From NCBI GenBank assembly GCA_028821265.1, contig JAPPGU010000073.1, positions 3,149 to 67,148 on the forward strand: a DNA stretch of 64,000 nucleotides, in the 5' to 3' direction. The stretch comes from a bacterium (GTDB lineage: Bacteria > Actinomycetota > Acidimicrobiia > Spongiisociales > Spongiisociaceae). The translations under genes and the position numbers were made by a program. Positions 61,743 to 64,000 of the stretch are shown here, in pieces (position 1 is the stretch's first letter; each line of letters opens with the position of its first letter). Under the pieces are notes generated by a model, which saw only the letters and a list, made by a program, of their open reading frames with translations, had not been told where the DNA came from and did no database searches.

Positions 61743-63768
61743 CGGCCACCTCCCGGATGATCAGGTTCTGGTACCGGTCCACGCGGGCGGACTGTCCGTC
61801 GAGCACGACGGTGGTGGCGTCGGGTTGCTCGACTACGCACGGCCCCGCCAGCAGGGCGCCGGGGCCCAGAACATCGCGCCGGTAGACCGGAACCTCGGTG
61901 GGACGACGCATCTCGCGCAGCTTCATGACGCGCTTCGAGACCGGAGTGGGACTGCGGAAGGACTCGCCGTCGGGCGGAGCGGCGCCGACGGCGAGGGAGC
62001 CGAAGGCGGACATCCGCAGGGTCACGGCCACCACGGGCTCATCCGATGTATGACCGTAGAGGGAGTCGTGGATGTCGCGGAACTCGCTGCACACCCCTTC
62101 GGGGCTGAGCCCGGAGGTCGCGACCGGGACGTTCAACTCGAACCCCTGCCCCCAATAGCGGCAGTCGATGGAAGGCTCCAGCCGGACGTGACGGTCGTCG
62201 ATCCCGTCCGCCCGGAGCCGGGCGCGGAGCGACTCCCCGGTAGCGTCGAACCAGCGGGCGATGTCGCCGATGGAGGACCCGTCGACGGTGGTCAGCACCG
62301 TGGTCGACTCGTCGATCCTGAGGTCCGTGGCGAGCAGGCCCGTCGCGGAGAAGAGGCCGGGATGGCGTGGGATGACCGCCTCCGGCATGGACAGGTCCCT
62401 GATCAGCTGGCCGGCATGGAGCGGCCCCGCCCCGCCGAATGCCACCAGGGCGTACCGCCTGGGATCCTCCCCGCGATCTATCGAGACCCTCCGGATGGCC
62501 GCCTCGAGATGGGCATTGGCGATGGCCAGCACGCCTTCGGCGGTGGCCTGCGCGCTCAGCCCCAGACCGGCGCCCACTCCGGCGATCGCATCTAGGGCCG
62601 CATCCCGGTCCAGGGTGAGGCTGCCGCCCAGAGCGGTCAACTCGCCGAGGGTGCCCGCCACCAGGTGGGCGTCGGTGAGGGTGGCGTTCCGGCCCCCGAG
62701 CCCGTACGCGGCGGGTCCGGGATCCGCTCCCGCGCTCGCCGGGCCGACCTTGAGGGCGCCCGACCGGTCGACCTCCACGATGCTCCCGCCTCCGGCCCCC
62801 GCCGAATGGATGTCGAGGGACGGGGACAGTATCGGGTGCGACTCGATGTGCCGCATCGGGGACACGGAAGCCAGCCCGTTCCGGATCAGGCAGACATCCG
62901 CCGACGTGCCACCGATGTCGAGGGACAGGAGGTGGGTCCGCCCGGTGGCCGCTCCCAGGGCCACCGCTCCCGCTACGCCGGCCGCGGGCCCGGAGACCAG
63001 CAGCTTGTGGGCCTCGGCCTCAGCCCGGGCCGCCGGCACGCCGCCGCCGTTGGACTGCATCACCAGGAAGGCTCCTGGCACCCCGAGGTCCCGTATCCCG
63101 TCCTCGGCTCTCAGCAGGTAGTCCCGGACCACCGGACGGAGCCCGGCGTTGACAGCCGTCGTGACGGTCCGGGGATACTCCCGGAACTCGTTAGCCACCT
63201 CGGAGGATCGGGAGACCGCCAGGCCCGGGCACGCGGCCTCGAGGGCAGCGGCGAGCGTGCGCTCGTGGCTGTCGTCCAGGTAGCTGAACAGGAAGGAGAT
63301 GGCGACCGCCTCCGGGTTCCGTGACTCGACCTCCTCGACGGCTCGGCTGGTCTCCGATGCCGTCAGGGCGCGGACGGTGCCGGTGGCGGTGACACGTTCG
63401 TCCACCTCGATCCGGTCACCGCGCGGGATGAACTCCCTCGGGCGGCTCTGGCGCAGGTCGTAAGCGTCGGGACGGGAACCCGAGCGGTAGGTCAGTATGT
63501 CGCGGAAGCCCTTGGTCGTGAGGAGGACGACCCGGGCCAGCCTGTCGTTGATGACCGCGTTGGTGGCGATGGTGGTGCCGTGGAACACCAGGGACACTTC
63601 CTCGAACGCCATTCCGAGACGGCCGAGAACGGAGAGGCCGTCGAGCAGACCGAGAGCCGGATCGGCGGGGACCGTGGGCACCTTGGCCGTGAGCCGCTGC
63701 CCGATCCCGTCGTCTGCGACCACGTCGGTGAAAGTGCCACCGATGTCGATGGCGACGGTCCATGTCAT
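61735..63768 (-). CDS. hyuA: Hydantoinase A / oxoprolinase family protein (second paralog)
   Basis: 677 aa. VAIDIGGTFTDVV and LSLDIGGTSADVC motifs. Overlaps the downstream hyuB-type gene by 8 nt. Confidence 0.85.
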   Translation of the reverse strand: MTWTVAIDIGGTFTDVVADDGIGQRLTAKVPTVPADPALGLLDGLSVLGRLGMAFEEVSLVFHGTTIATNAVINDRLARVVLLTTKGFRDILTYRSGSRPDAYDLRQSRPREFIPRGDRIEVDERVTATGTVRALTASETSRAVEEVESRNPEAVAISFLFSYLDDSHERTLAAALEAACPGLAVSRSSEVANEFREYPRTVTTAVNAGLRPVVRDYLLRAEDGIRDLGVPGAFLVMQSNGGGVPAARAEAEAHKLLVSGPAAGVAGAVALGAATGRTHLLSLDIGGTSADVCLIRNGLASVSPMRHIESHPILSPSLDIHSAGAGGGSIVEVDRSGALKVGPASAGADPGPAAYGLGGRNATLTDAHLVAGTLGELTALGGSLTLDRDAALDAIAGVGAGLGLSAQATAEGVLAIANAHLEAAIRRVSIDRGEDPRRYALVAFGGAGPLHAGQLIRDLSMPEAVIPRHPGLFSATGLLATDLRIDESTTVLTTVDGSSIGDIARWFDATGESLRARLRADGIDDRHVRLEPSIDCRYWGQGFELNVPVATSGLSPEGVCSEFRDIHDSLYGHTSDEPVVAVTLRMSAFGSLAVGAAPPDGESFRSPTPVSKRVMKLREMRRPTEVPVYRRDVLGPGALLAGPCVVEQPDATTVVLDGQSARVDRYQNLIIREVADA

Positions 63769-63778
63769 CGGCAGGAAC

Positions 63779-64000
63779 TCAGACCGGCCAGGCCCTCTCG
63801 TTGTAGGCCATGTCCCAGAACATCTGCTCCAGGCGGCTGCTGGTGCGGAAGATGTCCTCGATTCTTGCCAGGTCCGAACTGCTCATGCCCTCGCAGAGTC
63901 GTTCGAGCTTGTCCTTGACCTCTTCGAGCGTGTCCCAGTACTCCTGCCCACCGAAGAACTCGATCCAGGTGCGGTAGACCTGGTGTTCGGGGGCGTCGGG
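63779..64000 (-). CDS. TenA/thiaminase-II family protein (third paralog), 5' part beyond the window
   Basis: The reverse translation ends in ...MFWDMAYNERAWPV-stop, the TenA C-terminal signature seen in the other two paralogs. The stop lies 10 nt upstream of the hyuA start. Confidence 0.65.
   Translation of the reverse strand, partial: PDAPEHQVYRTWIEFFGGQEYWDTLEEVKDKLERLCEGMSSSDLARIEDIFRTSSRLEQMFWDMAYNERAWPV

Overview
High-GC (about two-thirds G+C by eye) bacterial chromosomal segment, densely coding, with frequent ATGA/GTGA start-stop overlaps. Lipoprotein or Tat-signal solute-binding proteins and an F420-type luciferase-like oxidoreductase suggest an Actinomycetota- or Chloroflexota-like organism, but this cannot be confirmed from sequence alone. 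The window is a paralog-rich catabolic and transport region. It holds four ABC importers (two peptide-type, one sugar-type, one BMP/nucleoside-type), two hydantoinase/oxoprolinase clusters (hyuA-hyuB-hyuB' and tenA-hyuA-hyuB), three TenA/thiaminase-II paralogs, several amidohydrolases, two MBL-fold hydrolases, and a UbiD decarboxylase. It also holds a xanthine-dehydrogenase-family operon with an embedded COG0523 GTPase, a second orphan molybdopterin large subunit, three Zn-ADHs (two of them a tandem duplicate), ArsM, and M81/M20 peptidases. I found no rRNA, tRNA, CRISPR array, integrase or transposase. The strongest non-routine signal is a ResA/TlpA-like thioredoxin-fold gene (16551..17705, minus strand). 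It is interrupted by a single in-frame TGA exactly at the redox-Cys position (W-S-S-W-U-G-C), with a SECIS-compatible hairpin just downstream, so it is a candidate selenoprotein that the ORF track splits in two. Other items worth a second look:
- a roughly 11-kb minus-strand supra-operon built around two TenA paralogs
- an isolated, translationally coupled macro-domain plus 123-aa unknown gene pair
- an AT-rich 0.7-kb island with a structured leader, a 77-aa ORF and a perfect (CCACTGA)x5 heptamer array
- a tandem ADH duplication with a 257-nt gene-conversion-like identical block and two gene relics
All family calls rest on motifs read directly from the translations. No database search was possible.
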